Shown here piece after piece: positions 28,052 to 38,854 of a stretch of DNA of 64,000 nt. The position numbers and the translations under genes were made by a program. Position 1 is the stretch's first letter, and each line of letters starts with the position of its first letter. The DNA comes from an uncultured Clostridia bacterium (GTDB taxonomy: Bacteria; Bacillota; Clostridia; TANB77; CAG-508). The stretch is from positions 1,058-65,057 of the forward strand of contig CANPZY010000003.1 in NCBI GenBank assembly GCA_947588945.1. Direction: 5' to 3'. The notes beneath the pieces are model-generated. The model was not told the DNA's origin and made no database searches. It saw nothing but the letters and a program-made list of their open reading frames with translations.

Positions 28052-29076
28052 TATGCCCTCCCTCTTAAAATTATTTTCTTCATCTTTTCAAAATTTTCTA
28101 ATGTTTTTCCTGCACCTATAGCCACACATTCTAATGGAGAATCAGCCACAAATGTTTTTACTCCAGTTTTCATCATAACAAGATTATCTAAATTTCTTAT
28201 TAAAGCCCCTCCACCTGATAAGTAAATTCCATTTTGTAAAATATCTGACGCAAGTTCTGGTGGAGTCATACTTAATGTATTAATTATTGCTTCTATTATT
28301 TCTGATATAGGTTTCTCCATAGCAGTTTCAATATGTTTTGATGATATTTCTATATTTTTTGGAAGTCCTATATCTACATCTCTTCCCCTTATTTCCTTAG
28401 TTATTTCTGTAACAAGTGGCATTGCACACCCTAATTCTAATTTTAGATTCTCTGCTGCCGCCTGACCTATTACTATATTTTCTTTTCTTTTCAAATAAGC
28501 TATTATTGATTCATCTATTGCATTACCTGCCGTTTTAATTGATGTTGATACAACAATTCCTCCTAGAGAAATAACTGCAACTTCTGTTGTTCCACCACCA
28601 ATATCTACAATCATTTTTCCATTTGCTTCAAGTACGTTAAGCCCTGCTCCTATTGCAGCAGCCATTGGTTCTTCTATTAAATAAACTTCCTTTGCACCTG
28701 CTTGCAAAAAAGCCTCTTGAACTGCTCTTTCTTCTACTTCAGTTATACCTGATGGCACTCCAACAACAACTCTTGGTTTTCCTACATTATACTTTTGGCA
28801 AACTTTTCTTAGCATATTTTTTAGCATTAATCCTGTGCCCGTATAATCTGCTATAACTCCATCTTTCATAGGTCTAACTGCTCTAATATTTTCAGGTGTC
28901 CTACCAAGCATTTCTTTAGCTTCTTTTCCTGTTGCAACTATATCTCCTGATCCATTGTCTATTGCAACGACTGCCGGTTCTCTTAAAATAATCCCCTTAC
29001 CTTTTAGAGTAATTAAAATATTAGCTGTTCCTAAATCTATGCCTATATCTTTAGAGCTAAAGTCTAACAATCTCAT
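28051..29076 (-). CDS. mreB: actin-like rod shape protein MreB
   Basis: IGIDLGTANI, DIGGGTTEVAVISLGG and LSGGGALIRNLD motifs. Confidence 0.95.
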   Translation of the reverse strand: MRLLDFSSKDIGIDLGTANILITLKGKGIILREPAVVAIDNGSGDIVATGKEAKEMLGRTPENIRAVRPMKDGVIADYTGTGLMLKNMLRKVCQKYNVGKPRVVVGVPSGITEVEERAVQEAFLQAGAKEVYLIEEPMAAAIGAGLNVLEANGKMIVDIGGGTTEVAVISLGGIVVSTSIKTAGNAIDESIIAYLKRKENIVIGQAAAENLKLELGCAMPLVTEITKEIRGRDVDIGLPKNIEISSKHIETAMEKPISEIIEAIINTLSMTPPELASDILQNGIYLSGGGALIRNLDNLVMMKTGVKTFVADSPLECVAIGAGKTLENFEKMKKIILRGRA

Positions 29077-29755
29077 TTTTTATGTCTCCTCTTGAAAAAA
29101 TACTTTCATACTTATCATAACCAATTATTATATGATCTAATAATTTTATATCCATAATTTCTGATGCTTTAATTAACTTTTTAGTAAATTCAATGTCGTT
29201 TTTGCTTGGTGTAGCATCTCCACTTGGATGATTATGTACTATTATCATTTTATTTGCCTGTAATCTAATTACTTCTTTTAAAATTTCTTTTATATCAACA
29301 ATAACTTGATTAATTACTCCCTTTGCAATATCTATGACTTTTAAAATATAATTTTTATTATTTAAAACAACTAATTTTAATGTTTCTGCTTTTTCAAATT
29401 TATATTCATCCATAAATAAATTTGCAACATCTTTTGGATATTTAATTTGTATATCGCATTTTTGCTTTTTTGACATCCTTTGTGCAAGTTCACATACAGC
29501 TTTCAATTGAATTGCTTTAACTTTTCCTATTCCTTTTATGCTCATTAAATCCTCAATAGAGAGCTCTAATAATCCCTTTAAAGATTCAGACATCAAAAGA
29601 ATTCTATTTGCAATTTCAATAGAATTTTCTTCCTTAGTTCCTGTTTTTATAATTATTGCCAATAATTCAGCATTTGATAACACTTTTTCACCATATTTTT
29701 CAAGTTTTTCGTATGGTCTTTCTAGTAGTGGCAATTCTTTCATTTTTAGTGGCAT
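29057..29755 (-). CDS. radC: RadC/JAB-domain protein
   Basis: HhH-like N-terminus (LSNAELLAIII) and JAMM motif HNHPSGDATPSKND. Sits in the canonical position upstream of mreB. Confidence 0.9.
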   Translation of the reverse strand: MPLKMKELPLLERPYEKLEKYGEKVLSNAELLAIIIKTGTKEENSIEIANRILLMSESLKGLLELSIEDLMSIKGIGKVKAIQLKAVCELAQRMSKKQKCDIQIKYPKDVANLFMDEYKFEKAETLKLVVLNNKNYILKVIDIAKGVINQVIVDIKEILKEVIRLQANKMIIVHNHPSGDATPSKNDIEFTKKLIKASEIMDIKLLDHIIIGYDKYESIFSRGDIKNEIVRL

Positions 29756-29825
29756 TAAAGTTCCTTTCTGCCCCCAAAATTTTAAATATATGCTCGTCTT
29801 TTTTATAATATATTTTTTATTTTCG

Positions 29826-30095
29826 TTAGAATTTTCTATAAATAAATATAGCTATAACTATTCCTACTATACTTGAAATATTAATTTTAAATGATATTCC
29901 AAATGTTAATTCTACAACACCTAAATTTAAAGTTATTGGTGTTAATAATCCAAATTGTTGACCGTAACTAAGCCAATTAAGCCATGATACATTTGATGAT
30001 AATTCTCCTATTAATCCTCCTATTACTAGTCCACATAATATAAAAATTATTAATATTAATAAACTTTTTTCTTTTGTAGCCATTTTTACCTCCAT
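29826..30095 (-). CDS. small membrane protein, DUF4321-like
   Basis: 89 aa with LIGELSS...LTPITLNLGVVELTFGISFKINISSIVGIVIAIFIYRKF, which resembles DUF4321. This family commonly sits upstream of radC/mreB in clostridia. Confidence 0.55.
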   Translation of the reverse strand: MEVKMATKEKSLLILIIFILCGLVIGGLIGELSSNVSWLNWLSYGQQFGLLTPITLNLGVVELTFGISFKINISSIVGIVIAIFIYRKF

Positions 30096-30305
30096 TTATC
30101 TTACGGACACATATTTTTATATGAAACATTATATATATAAATGTAAGATTTTTCAAGTTATTTTTATAAAAAGTATTTCTTTTTTTTAGCTTTTATGTTA
30201 TATTGTTAATACTTTACAATTTTTGGTTAATATGTTATGAATTATTATACTATTTTCATAAAAAAATAGGCTTTAAACCTAAACAAGAAAGGAATACAAT
30301 TTTTT

Positions 30306-30905
30306 ATGAAATTTCAAAAACTTAGTGAAAATAAATTAAAGATTATTTTATCAAATGATGAGTTACCTAATACTAATAATCTTGATGATTTTATTGCAAA
30401 TTCTACTGAGGCTAGGCATGCTATTTTAAACATTCTTGATAAAGCCTATGATGAAGTTGGATTTAATGCTAAAGATTATAAAATAAAAATAGATGCAGTT
30501 GCTTTATATAATGGAACTTTCGTCTTCACTATTACAAAACTTATAAAAGTAAAAAAGGTAAAAAAATCTGCTAAACCTAAAAAAATTATAAAATCAGAAC
30601 AAGATAATTTTTTAATATATCAGTTTGAAAAATTTGATGACTATTATAATTTTTGTTCTTTTATAAAAAAGATTAATATACCAGAAAAAATTTCTCTAGC
30701 TAAAAAAACTGAATTATATTTATATAATAACAAGTATTATTTGCTATTATTTAAACCTAATCGTCAAGATGAACTTAGTACTTTTTATAGTTATATTACT
30801 GAATTTTCTAGATTTTTCTCTAATAAAGAATTATTTGTTTCAGTATTACAAGAAAAAGGTTCTTTAATAATAAAAGATAATGCGATAAAAATAAAAACCG
30901 CCTAA
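30306..30905 (+). CDS. mecA: adaptor protein MecA-like
   Basis: N-terminus MKFQKLSENKLKIILSNDELP resembles the MecA N-terminus (MKIERIN..TIKF.L...DL). Length of 199 aa is typical of the short clostridial form. Confidence 0.55.
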   Translation: MKFQKLSENKLKIILSNDELPNTNNLDDFIANSTEARHAILNILDKAYDEVGFNAKDYKIKIDAVALYNGTFVFTITKLIKVKKVKKSAKPKKIIKSEQDNFLIYQFEKFDDYYNFCSFIKKINIPEKISLAKKTELYLYNNKYYLLLFKPNRQDELSTFYSYITEFSRFFSNKELFVSVLQEKGSLIIKDNAIKIKTA

Positions 30906-30924
30906 TTTATTAGGCAGTTTTTTA
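30898..30924 (+). terminator. bidirectional intrinsic terminator
   Basis: GCCTAA (30900-05) / TTAGGC (30910-15) stem, A-run before and T-run after. Lies between convergent mecA and the HD gene. Confidence 0.6.
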
Positions 30925-30925
30925 A

Positions 30926-31468
30926 TTATTTAAATACTTCTTCTAATATTTTTTTATATCTTTCAAAAATAGGATGTGTTTTATCTACCCCATTTATACA
31001 ACTTTCATATACACTAGTATAATACCATTTTTGCTGTTCATAGTTTCTACTGATTATTTTATCTTCTCCATATTTTTCAATATTGCATAAAACATCTTGT
31101 AAATTACTAATTTTATCACAAGCAACAATTAATTTTGATGGAAGTGGAGCATTCTTTATTTGTTGTATTGTGTGTTTCTTCCTTTCTATCCATTCAAGAG
31201 ATTTATCTGGTTCTGATGCATCATAAACATAATCTCTTACGGTTTTACCAAATTCCCTTTCAATGTCATCAAATGTATGAGGAGTATCTTCTACAACATC
31301 ATGTAATATACCTGCTGTCACTGTATCTTCATCACAATTATTTCTTTGTAATATCATTCCTACTGTAAATGGATGAAATATCATATCAACATCTTCAACT
31401 TTTCTTTTCTGTCCTTTATGTGCTTTTGTAGCATAATAAATTGCATACTCAATTTTATCTAGTTTCAT
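30926..31468 (-). CDS. small HD-domain (p)ppGpp-hydrolase-like protein (RelA/SpoT HD_4 type)
   Basis: YYATKAHKGQKRK...HPFTVGMIL...AGILHDVVEDT motifs in 180 aa. No synthetase domain is present. Confidence 0.75.
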   Translation of the reverse strand: MKLDKIEYAIYYATKAHKGQKRKVEDVDMIFHPFTVGMILQRNNCDEDTVTAGILHDVVEDTPHTFDDIEREFGKTVRDYVYDASEPDKSLEWIERKKHTIQQIKNAPLPSKLIVACDKISNLQDVLCNIEKYGEDKIISRNYEQQKWYYTSVYESCINGVDKTHPIFERYKKILEEVFK

Positions 31469-31636
31469 ATTATTTATATTATGATTATTTAATAATCATT
31501 GCTCCTTTCATAAAAAATTATAAACTAATTATATATTAAATTTTTTTACTTTTCAATTTTTTTCTTTATTTTATTGACTTTTATGCCATTTAATGATAAA
31601 AAATATCTTATCAATTATATGTGGAGGGGTTACAAC

Positions 31637-32266
31637 ATGACTATGCGGAAACCTACAACAATAGAATTTATAGGTACACCGAATTCCGGTAAAACTGAAT
31701 CAATTAATTTCCTAGTTAAAGAACTTGCAAAAATGAATTTGAAAGTGGAACTTAAACAAGAGGATGCTGAGATTGTTCCGACCTATATTCCTAAGAAAAC
31801 ATGGGAGCGGAATTTGTGGATAGCACAAGGTCAAGTTAAGTCTCTAATCGAGGCTAAATTCTCTACGGCAGATGTTATACTTTTTGATCGTGGCTATTTT
31901 GATGCCCTATTTTGGGCAAACTTTTTGGTAACCCAAGGTGTTTGCAGTAAAGAAGACTCAGAAATGCTAAAAACCTTTTTATATGGTTTAGATTCTAAGT
32001 ATTCTTTTAAACCGGATTTTCTTTTTGTAGTAGATGTTTCAAACGAAGTTTCTATCAAAAGAAGATGTTCCGAAGCAACTTACAGTGAAAGTGAAATTCT
32101 TGTTTTCTCTAATAATCCATTCTTGGATTCATATAGAGAAGAGCTTAATAAATTCTGCAGTGCTATTGATGTACCTTACTTTGTTTTAGACACAACCAAT
32201 ATTTCTATTGCAGAAATGCATGAAATCGTACTAAACAAGGTTAAAGACATCTTAAATCAGGCTTAA
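31637..32266 (+). CDS. P-loop nucleoside/nucleotide-kinase-like protein
   Basis: Start chosen at ATG 31637 (MTMRKP...) with GGAGGGG 7 nt upstream. Walker A GTPNSGKT, DR motif ILFDRGYFD, lid-like SIKRR. GC content is visibly higher than in neighbouring genes. Confidence 0.5.
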   Translation: MTMRKPTTIEFIGTPNSGKTESINFLVKELAKMNLKVELKQEDAEIVPTYIPKKTWERNLWIAQGQVKSLIEAKFSTADVILFDRGYFDALFWANFLVTQGVCSKEDSEMLKTFLYGLDSKYSFKPDFLFVVDVSNEVSIKRRCSEATYSESEILVFSNNPFLDSYREELNKFCSAIDVPYFVLDTTNISIAEMHEIVLNKVKDILNQA

Positions 32267-32289
32267 TTAATTCTGTATTCTAAGTTCTT

Positions 32290-32326
32290 GAAAGTCCTAG
32301 ATTCTTCTAGGCTTTCTTCTTTTTTA
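32290..32326 (+). terminator. intrinsic terminator
   Basis: GAAAGTCCTAGA / TCTAGGCTTTC imperfect stem followed by a T-run. Confidence 0.55.
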
Positions 32327-32406
32327 TTAATTTATCATTATAAATTGTTATTATCAATTTTTTATTATCAATTTATTATTATTATTTTTTTATAAAACTG
32401 AGTTTA

Positions 32407-34768
32407 TTATAATATTTCAAGCCCAGCAAATTTTGCCATCAATCTCTTATGTCCTGCTTTTTCAAAATCTATATCAACTTTTATATCTTCCCCTTCTTCT
32501 TCTAATTTAGAAATTACTCCTTCTCCAAATTTTTTGTGAAATACTTTTTGTCCAACTTTATACTGACTTAAATCCACTTGTGGAGATTTTTTTGCTTGAA
32601 GTGAAGCTAAAAATCCTTCTGCTGACCTTCCAAACTTAACTTCACTACTTTTAAAGCTTCCTGTATTTATTCCGATACTTTTTGCTACATCATATCCTTC
32701 ATTTTGATTATAAAAATCTTTTCCTACCTTATATGTTGTAACTTTTCCACCCCTGCTAGAAAATTTATCTTCAAAGTTATATCCTCTTCCATAGTTCCAT
32801 GAATAATTTGTATCCTCAAATTCTTCTGGCTCTTCCTGTTTCTCCATAGCTTCTTCATACCCATCAAGTATATCTTTTGGAATTTCCTTTAAGAATCTTG
32901 ATGGTGGATTATAACTAGTAGAACCAAATATTGTCCTTCTTCTAGCAAAAGTTAAGAATAAATTTTGTTTTGCTCTAGTAATTCCTACATAAAAAAGTCT
33001 TCTCTCTTCCTCAATGTCTGCTGGATTATCCATTGATTGATGTCCTGGAAAAATTCCTTCTTCTAATCCTACTAAAAATATAACTGGATATTCTAATCCT
33101 TTAGCACTATGTAGTGTCATCAAAGTAACTACATCTTCTGTGTCCGATAGATTATCTGTATCACTTGCTAATGATATTCCATTTAAAAACTCTGTTAATG
33201 ATTTATCTACTGCTTCTTTTTCAAATTCATTAGCTACTGTTAAAAATTCTTCTATATTTTCAAGTCTACTTTCTGCTTCAACAGTATTTTCATTTTCTAA
33301 ACTCTTTGTATATCCTGTTTTATTTAACACTTCTGTAATTAAATCTGCTATTGAACATTCTTTATCTTTTAGTTCTTCTATAGCATTAACAAATTCTCTT
33401 GTATTATTATAAATTCTAGGTACAAATTCGTCAGCTCTTTTTATAACTTCATACATTGATATTCCATTTTTTTCTGAAATTTCTCTAACATTATCTATGC
33501 TTGTCTTTCCTACTCCTCTTTTAGGTTCATTTATAATTCTTTCTAATGATAAGTTATCAGATTGATTAGCGAGTAATCTTAAATATGCAATTGTATCTTT
33601 TATTTCTTTTCTCTCATAGAATTTTAATCCACCAATTATTTTATATGGAATATTTTCAATTCTAAGCTTGTCTTCTATTGCTCTTGATTGTGAGTTCATT
33701 CTATAAAGTACTGCAAAATCAGAATACTTATAATATTCTTCTCTTCTTAATTTATTAATTTGCTCTATTATAAAATTAGATTCAGAATATTCATCTTCTC
33801 CGCAAAAAACATAAGGTAATGTTCCTTCTTCATTTTCAGTCCAAAGTCTTTTATCATATTTATTTTCGTTATGCTTAATTACCGCATTTGCCGTTTTTAA
33901 TATGTTTCCAGTACAACGATAATTTTGCTCTAATTTAATTATTTTAGTACCAGGATAATCTTTTTCAAAGTTTAAAATATTTGAAATATCTGCTCCGGCG
34001 GAAACTATAAATTCCCTGGTCATTATCACCAACAACCGTAACATTTCCATACTTTGATGCTAGTAGTGTTACTAATGTAAATTGTGCTTTATTTGTATCT
34101 TGATATTCGTCTACTAAAACATATTTGAATTTACTTGAATAGTAATCTAATACATCTGGATTTTCCATTAATATTTTTATTGTAAAATTAATAATATCAT
34201 CAAAGTCAATTGCATTATTCTGTTTTAATCTTTGCTGATATAATGAATAAACTTTTGCTATGATACCTTTTCTATAGTCATTACTGTATTCATCCATGTA
34301 TGCTTTTGGTTCTATCATTTCATTTTTTGCATTACTAATTTCATTTAAAATTGATTTTTCCGTAAATAATTTTGTATCAATATTTAAATCTTTTAAGCAA
34401 TTCTTTATTAAAGTCTTTTGATCTGATGTATCGAAAATTGCAAAAGATGTATCAAATCCAAGTCTATCAATAAATTTTCTAAGAATTCTTACACATATTG
34501 AGTGAAATGTTCCAAGCCATAAATCATTTATATTTTCTCCAATTAAAGCTTCTGCTCTATCTCTCATTTCATCAGCAGCTTTATTTGTAAATGTAATTGC
34601 AAGTATATTCCATGGTTTTATATTTTTTTCTTGCATTAAATATGCAATTTTATATGTTAAAACTTTTGTTTTTCCACTTCCGGCACCTGCTATAACAAGG
34701 CATGGTCCTTCCGTAGTTTCTACAGCTTCTTTTTGTTTTGGGTTAAGTTCTTTTAGTAAATTTTGCAT
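32407..34768 (-). pseudogene. pcrA: ATP-dependent DNA helicase PcrA, interrupted by a 1-nt frameshift (or a sequence error)
   Basis: Two overlapping ORFs (33965..34768 and 32407..34050) together carry AGAGSGKT, DEYQDTN, VGDNDQGIYSFR, QNYRCT, TLHSAKGLEYP and YVGITRAK. Removing one base from TTCCGCCGGAGC (plus strand 33995-34001) restores ...GIYSFRGADISNILNFEKDYP. Confidence 0.9.
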
Positions 34769-34975
34769 ATTTTATCTCTCTTTCTTACTATAATTTATTA
34801 TATATGTAAACTTCTTTTTTAAAACTTTTGTTCGTAATGATTTTACTATATAAATTTAAAATAAGCAAGAGAATTTTTTAATTTTATTTAATAATCTTGT
34901 CTTCTTCTCTTACAAGTTGCATTTACTTTTCAGAATTGCATTTACTTTTTCACTTGACCATAATATTGTCTTTTA

Positions 34976-35713
34976 TTATCCTGTAATTATCATTGCAAAT
35001 AGACCTATTATAAATCCCAGCATATTACCTATTGCAGACATTCTTCCACTATACAATTTATTTGACTCTGGAATAAGTTCTCCTGACACTATATAAAGCA
35101 TTGCTCCCGCAGCAAAAGAAAGGCATATCGCAATTACACCAATAGATATATTTCCAACTATTGCACCAATTAGTGCTCCTATTCCAGTTGCAATTCCAGA
35201 TAATATAACATAAAACATAATTTTAAATGGATTCATTCCACCACTCTTCATTGGTATAGCCATACTAAGGCCCTCTGGTACATCATGTAGAGCTATTGCA
35301 ATAGCTAAAGAAAAACCTAACGTAGCGGATGCTTCAAATCCAGAGCCAATAGCTAATCCCTCCGGTATATTATGGAGAGCTAATCCTATGCTAACAATTA
35401 CTCCTGTTTTAATTAAACTCATGTTACCTATATTTGAATTATTTGTACTAAATTTTTTATCAACTAAAACATCACATCCTATCATCGTAATAATGCCAAG
35501 TACTATTCCTAAAAGAACCGTAAACACTGAAGTCATTTCTAAAGCTTCAGGAATTAAGTCAAAGCAAACTACTGCAAGCATTAATCCTGAAGCAAATGAT
35601 AATACAAAACTTAAAAACTTATTAGAATTTCTTTTTGTAAAAATTCCTATAATTCCACCTAATGTTGTTCCTATTGTTCCAAAAAATAAACCTAATAAAG
35701 ATATTTTTAACAT
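34976..35713 (-). CDS. ZIP-family divalent metal transporter
   Basis: Polytopic protein with HNIPEGLAIG and LHDVPEGLSMA motifs. Confidence 0.85.
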   Translation of the reverse strand: MLKISLLGLFFGTIGTTLGGIIGIFTKRNSNKFLSFVLSFASGLMLAVVCFDLIPEALEMTSVFTVLLGIVLGIITMIGCDVLVDKKFSTNNSNIGNMSLIKTGVIVSIGLALHNIPEGLAIGSGFEASATLGFSLAIAIALHDVPEGLSMAIPMKSGGMNPFKIMFYVILSGIATGIGALIGAIVGNISIGVIAICLSFAAGAMLYIVSGELIPESNKLYSGRMSAIGNMLGFIIGLFAMIITG

Positions 35714-35805
35714 AATATTCCGTATGATATTTAATCATATTCTCCTTATATTAAAATTTAGATTTTTTGGGATTTACCTATAAACCATTAATACTAAAAT
35801 TTATT

Positions 35806-35855
35806 AAAAAAATAAAAAAATAGAACAACTAAATTTTAGTTGTTCTTCTTTTTTA
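35806..35855 (-). terminator. intrinsic (bidirectional) terminator after prfA
   Basis: 10-bp stem AGAACAACTA (35822-31) / TAGTTGTTCT (35837-46) flanked by an A-run and a T-run. Confidence 0.65.
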
Positions 35856-35880
35856 ATATATACATCCGATAGATTTGCTG

Positions 35881-36948
35881 TTATGAATTACCGTCACTTT
35901 CTTGTAATTTATTTGCAGTATCTGCCGCAATTAAATTATCAATCATAAAGTCAATATTTCCATTTAAAAAGCTTTCAATTTGATATACACTTAAGCCTAT
36001 TCTATGATCTGTTATTCTTCCTTGAGGATAATTATAGGTTCTTATCTTTTCACTTCTATCAGCATTACCAATTTGGCTTCTTCTCTCACTTTCAATTTCG
36101 CTATCTCTTTTTCTTTTTTCAATTTCATAAAGTCTTGACATTAATAACTTCATTGCATATTCTCTATTTTGTACTTGAGATCTTTCTGTTTGACATTCTG
36201 CAACCATTCCTGTAGGAACATGTATCAATCTTACGGCTGATGAAGTTTTATTAATATGTTGTCCTCCTGCTCCAGAAGCTCTAAAAACCTCCATTTTTAT
36301 ATCTGCTGGATTTATTTCTATATCAACATCCTCTACTTCTGGTAATACTGCAACAGATGCTGTTGATGTATGAATTCTTCCACTAGCCTCTGTTTCTGGT
36401 ACTCTCTGAACTCTGTGTACTCCGCTCTCAAACTTTAATCTACTATATGCTCCTTCACCTTTTACTATAAATGAAATTTCTTTTATACCACCTAATTCCG
36501 TAGTATTCTCATTTAGCACTTCCAGTTTCCAATTCTTTAAATCACAATACATTGAATACATCCTAAATAATGTACTTGCAAATAATGCTGCTTCTTCTCC
36601 TCCTGCTCCAGCTCTTATTTCACAAATAACATTTTTATCATCATCTGGATCTTTTGGAATTAGCAATTTTTTTAATTCTTCTTCAAGAACAGGAAGTTTT
36701 TCTTTTGCACTAAGCATTTCTTCTTCTGCTAAATCCTTCATATCCTTATCGTTCATCATTTCTTTTGCTTCTTCATAATCATTTTTTACTTTTTTATATT
36801 CTCTATATTTTTCAACTATTGGCTCTAAATTAGAATGTTCTTTCATCATCTTTCGCCATTCATTTTGATTTGAAATTACTTCCGGATCACTTATTTTTTC
36901 AGTTAAATCATTAAATTTCTTTTCTATCTCTTCTAAATTATCAAACAT
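35881..36948 (-). CDS. prfA: peptide chain release factor 1
   Basis: GGQ motif ([23 protein letters not shown]) and [17 protein letters not shown]. Confidence 0.95.
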   Translation of the reverse strand: MFDNLEEIEKKFNDLTEKISDPEVISNQNEWRKMMKEHSNLEPIVEKYREYKKVKNDYEEAKEMMNDKDMKDLAEEEMLSAKEKLPVLEEELKKLLIPKDPDDDKNVICEIRAGAGGEEAALFASTLFRMYSMYCDLKNWKLEVLNENTTELGGIKEISFIVKGEGAYSRLKFESGVHRVQRVPETEASGRIHTSTASVAVLPEVEDVDIEINPADIKMEVFRASGAGGQHINKTSSAVRLIHVPTGMVAECQTERSQVQNREYAMKLLMSRLYEIEKRKRDSEIESERRSQIGNADRSEKIRTYNYPQGRITDHRIGLSVYQIESFLNGNIDFMIDNLIAADTANKLQESDGNS

Positions 36949-37045
36949 AAAGATATATGTCCTTTCTCAATATTCACTTTTCATACTTAATAAAATGTAT
37001 TTTATTTTAGCTACTTTGTTATTATACAATATTTTCCTTAATCTT

Positions 37046-38854
37046 TCAAGTTATATCAATATAATTAAAGTCAACATTTAATTTTTCTAATATCTTTTTT
37101 TCTCTATCTGTGCAAGTAAATATTACAATTTGATTTTCAATCTGAGCTAAGAATTTCAGAGTTTCTTCTAATCTTTCATCATCATAAAAAGCAAAAGTTT
37201 CATCTAATAATATAGGTAATCTTTCTGTAGAAATCCCATCAATTACAGAAAGTCTTAGTGCTAAGTATATTTGTTCAATTGTTCCTGTGCTTAATCTATC
37301 AATTGATACATATTTGCCATTCTCTAATTCAACTGATATATCATCATTTATAATAATATTTTTATACTTTCCTTTTGAAATTTTTTCAATATTTTTAGAT
37401 AAATTTATATTAAATTTTGGTGTTATATTATTTTTCATTTCAATATAAGATTCTTCAATTAGATTTTTAGTTATATTAATTACTCTGGCTCTATCTTCTA
37501 ATTTTTTCAAATTTGATTTTTCTAAATCAAGTTTTTCTTCTAAATCTGCCAAATGTTCAAGTTTTGGTTCTATGTTATCCATGTCCAATTCTAATTTATG
37601 TAATTCTAAAGTTAAATTTTCAATTTCTTTATTACTATCATAAAGCTTTTTCTCAATATTCTCATCTTCTAGTAAATTAATAATTTCTTTTCCATATATA
37701 TCAATTAAACTTTCTTTTTTCTCAAAATACTCATTATTTAATTCCTCTTTTAATTTTTCTATTTCCATTTTTAATTCATTATTATTAGTTTCTAATGTTT
37801 TTACAGGTAAATCAATATTTTTTAAATAATATTTTTTATTATTAACCATTTTAATAAATACTATTAAAATAAAAATTGGAATTAATAAAAAAATCATTAA
37901 TCTAATTATTTTATTTTTTATAAAAATAAAATTAAAAATATTTATAATTATTAAAAAAAATAAAATAATTAAAAATTTTTTATTATTATTTTTTTTATTT
38001 TTATTATTTTTAATATTTTTTATTTTTTCAATTTTATTTTTATTTTCTTTATAAATATTTTCTTTTATTTTTATTTTTTCGTTTTTTATTTTTTTATCAT
38101 TAAAAATATCAAATATTTTTTCTAAAATTTTTTTATTATTTTTTAAATAAATTAATTTTTTATTTATTTTTTTATTTTTTTCTTCTATTTCATATTTAAT
38201 ATTTTTAATATTTTTTATATTTTCTAATTCATTTTCATAATTAATAATATTTTCTTTAGAAATATTAATTGGTCTATCTTGACTTTTGTTAGTACCAACT
38301 TCAGTAAGTAATGTTTTTTCTAAAATATTAATTGCTTTTTTATATGAAATTTCTTCATCACCACTCTCAACTAAATTAGCTACTTTTTGAATTAAAATAT
38401 TTTGCATATTAGTATTAATTCTTGTTTCATTCTGTGAAGCAATTACTGTTGATAATAATGTATCTTTATCAACTTTAACTTGATCATAAAAAAATAAATT
38501 TCCCATTTTTTTATCTATATTATATTTGTTAGAAATATCTCTCCCCATTTCATCATATATTTCTGCACTTTTTTTATTAAAATTTCTAAAAACCTCGTAT
38601 TGCTTATTATTATCTAATTTATAAATAATTTTTCCCGAAAATTCATTTTCGTTCCAAGGTAAATACTTGTCATAATCAGATAAATTTTTTCCATTTTTAT
38701 TTTTAGAAATATTATATAAAATATTTATAATAAAATTTAAAATTGTAGATTTTCCTGATTCATTTTTTCCATATATAATATTTATTTTTTCTAAATTAAA
38801 ATTTTTATTTTTTAATTTACCATAAGAATTAATTTTTAATTTTTTTATTTTCAA
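37046..38854 (-). CDS. YhaN/SbcC-like AAA ATPase with a central K/N-rich and hydrophobic segment (TTG start)
   Basis: Walker A GKNESGKST, signature-like LSTGTIEQ, Walker B LPILLDETFAFYDD. Central FLIILFFLIIINIFNFIFI and LMIFLLIPIFILIVFI helices. GGAG precedes the TTG start. Confidence 0.7.
   Translation of the reverse strand: MKIKKLKINSYGKLKNKNFNLEKINIIYGKNESGKSTILNFIINILYNISKNKNGKNLSDYDKYLPWNENEFSGKIIYKLDNNKQYEVFRNFNKKSAEIYDEMGRDISNKYNIDKKMGNLFFYDQVKVDKDTLLSTVIASQNETRINTNMQNILIQKVANLVESGDEEISYKKAINILEKTLLTEVGTNKSQDRPINISKENIINYENELENIKNIKNIKYEIEEKNKKINKKLIYLKNNKKILEKIFDIFNDKKIKNEKIKIKENIYKENKNKIEKIKNIKNNKNKKNNNKKFLIILFFLIIINIFNFIFIKNKIIRLMIFLLIPIFILIVFIKMVNNKKYYLKNIDLPVKTLETNNNELKMEIEKLKEELNNEYFEKKESLIDIYGKEIINLLEDENIEKKLYDSNKEIENLTLELHKLELDMDNIEPKLEHLADLEEKLDLEKSNLKKLEDRARVINITKNLIEESYIEMKNNITPKFNINLSKNIEKISKGKYKNIIINDDISVELENGKYVSIDRLSTGTIEQIYLALRLSVIDGISTERLPILLDETFAFYDDERLEETLKFLAQIENQIVIFTCTDREKKILEKLNVDFNYIDIT

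Noticed and set aside
34822-34834. LexA (Cheo-box-like) site AAAC-TTTT-GTTCG upstream of pcrA, and a direct repeat TTGCATTTACTTTT x2 at 34917-34949.
   Set aside because: The box has a mismatch in one half-site (AAAC instead of GAAC), and such strings are expected by chance in AT-rich DNA. The direct repeat has no recognisable partner motif. Both were noted only as possibilities.
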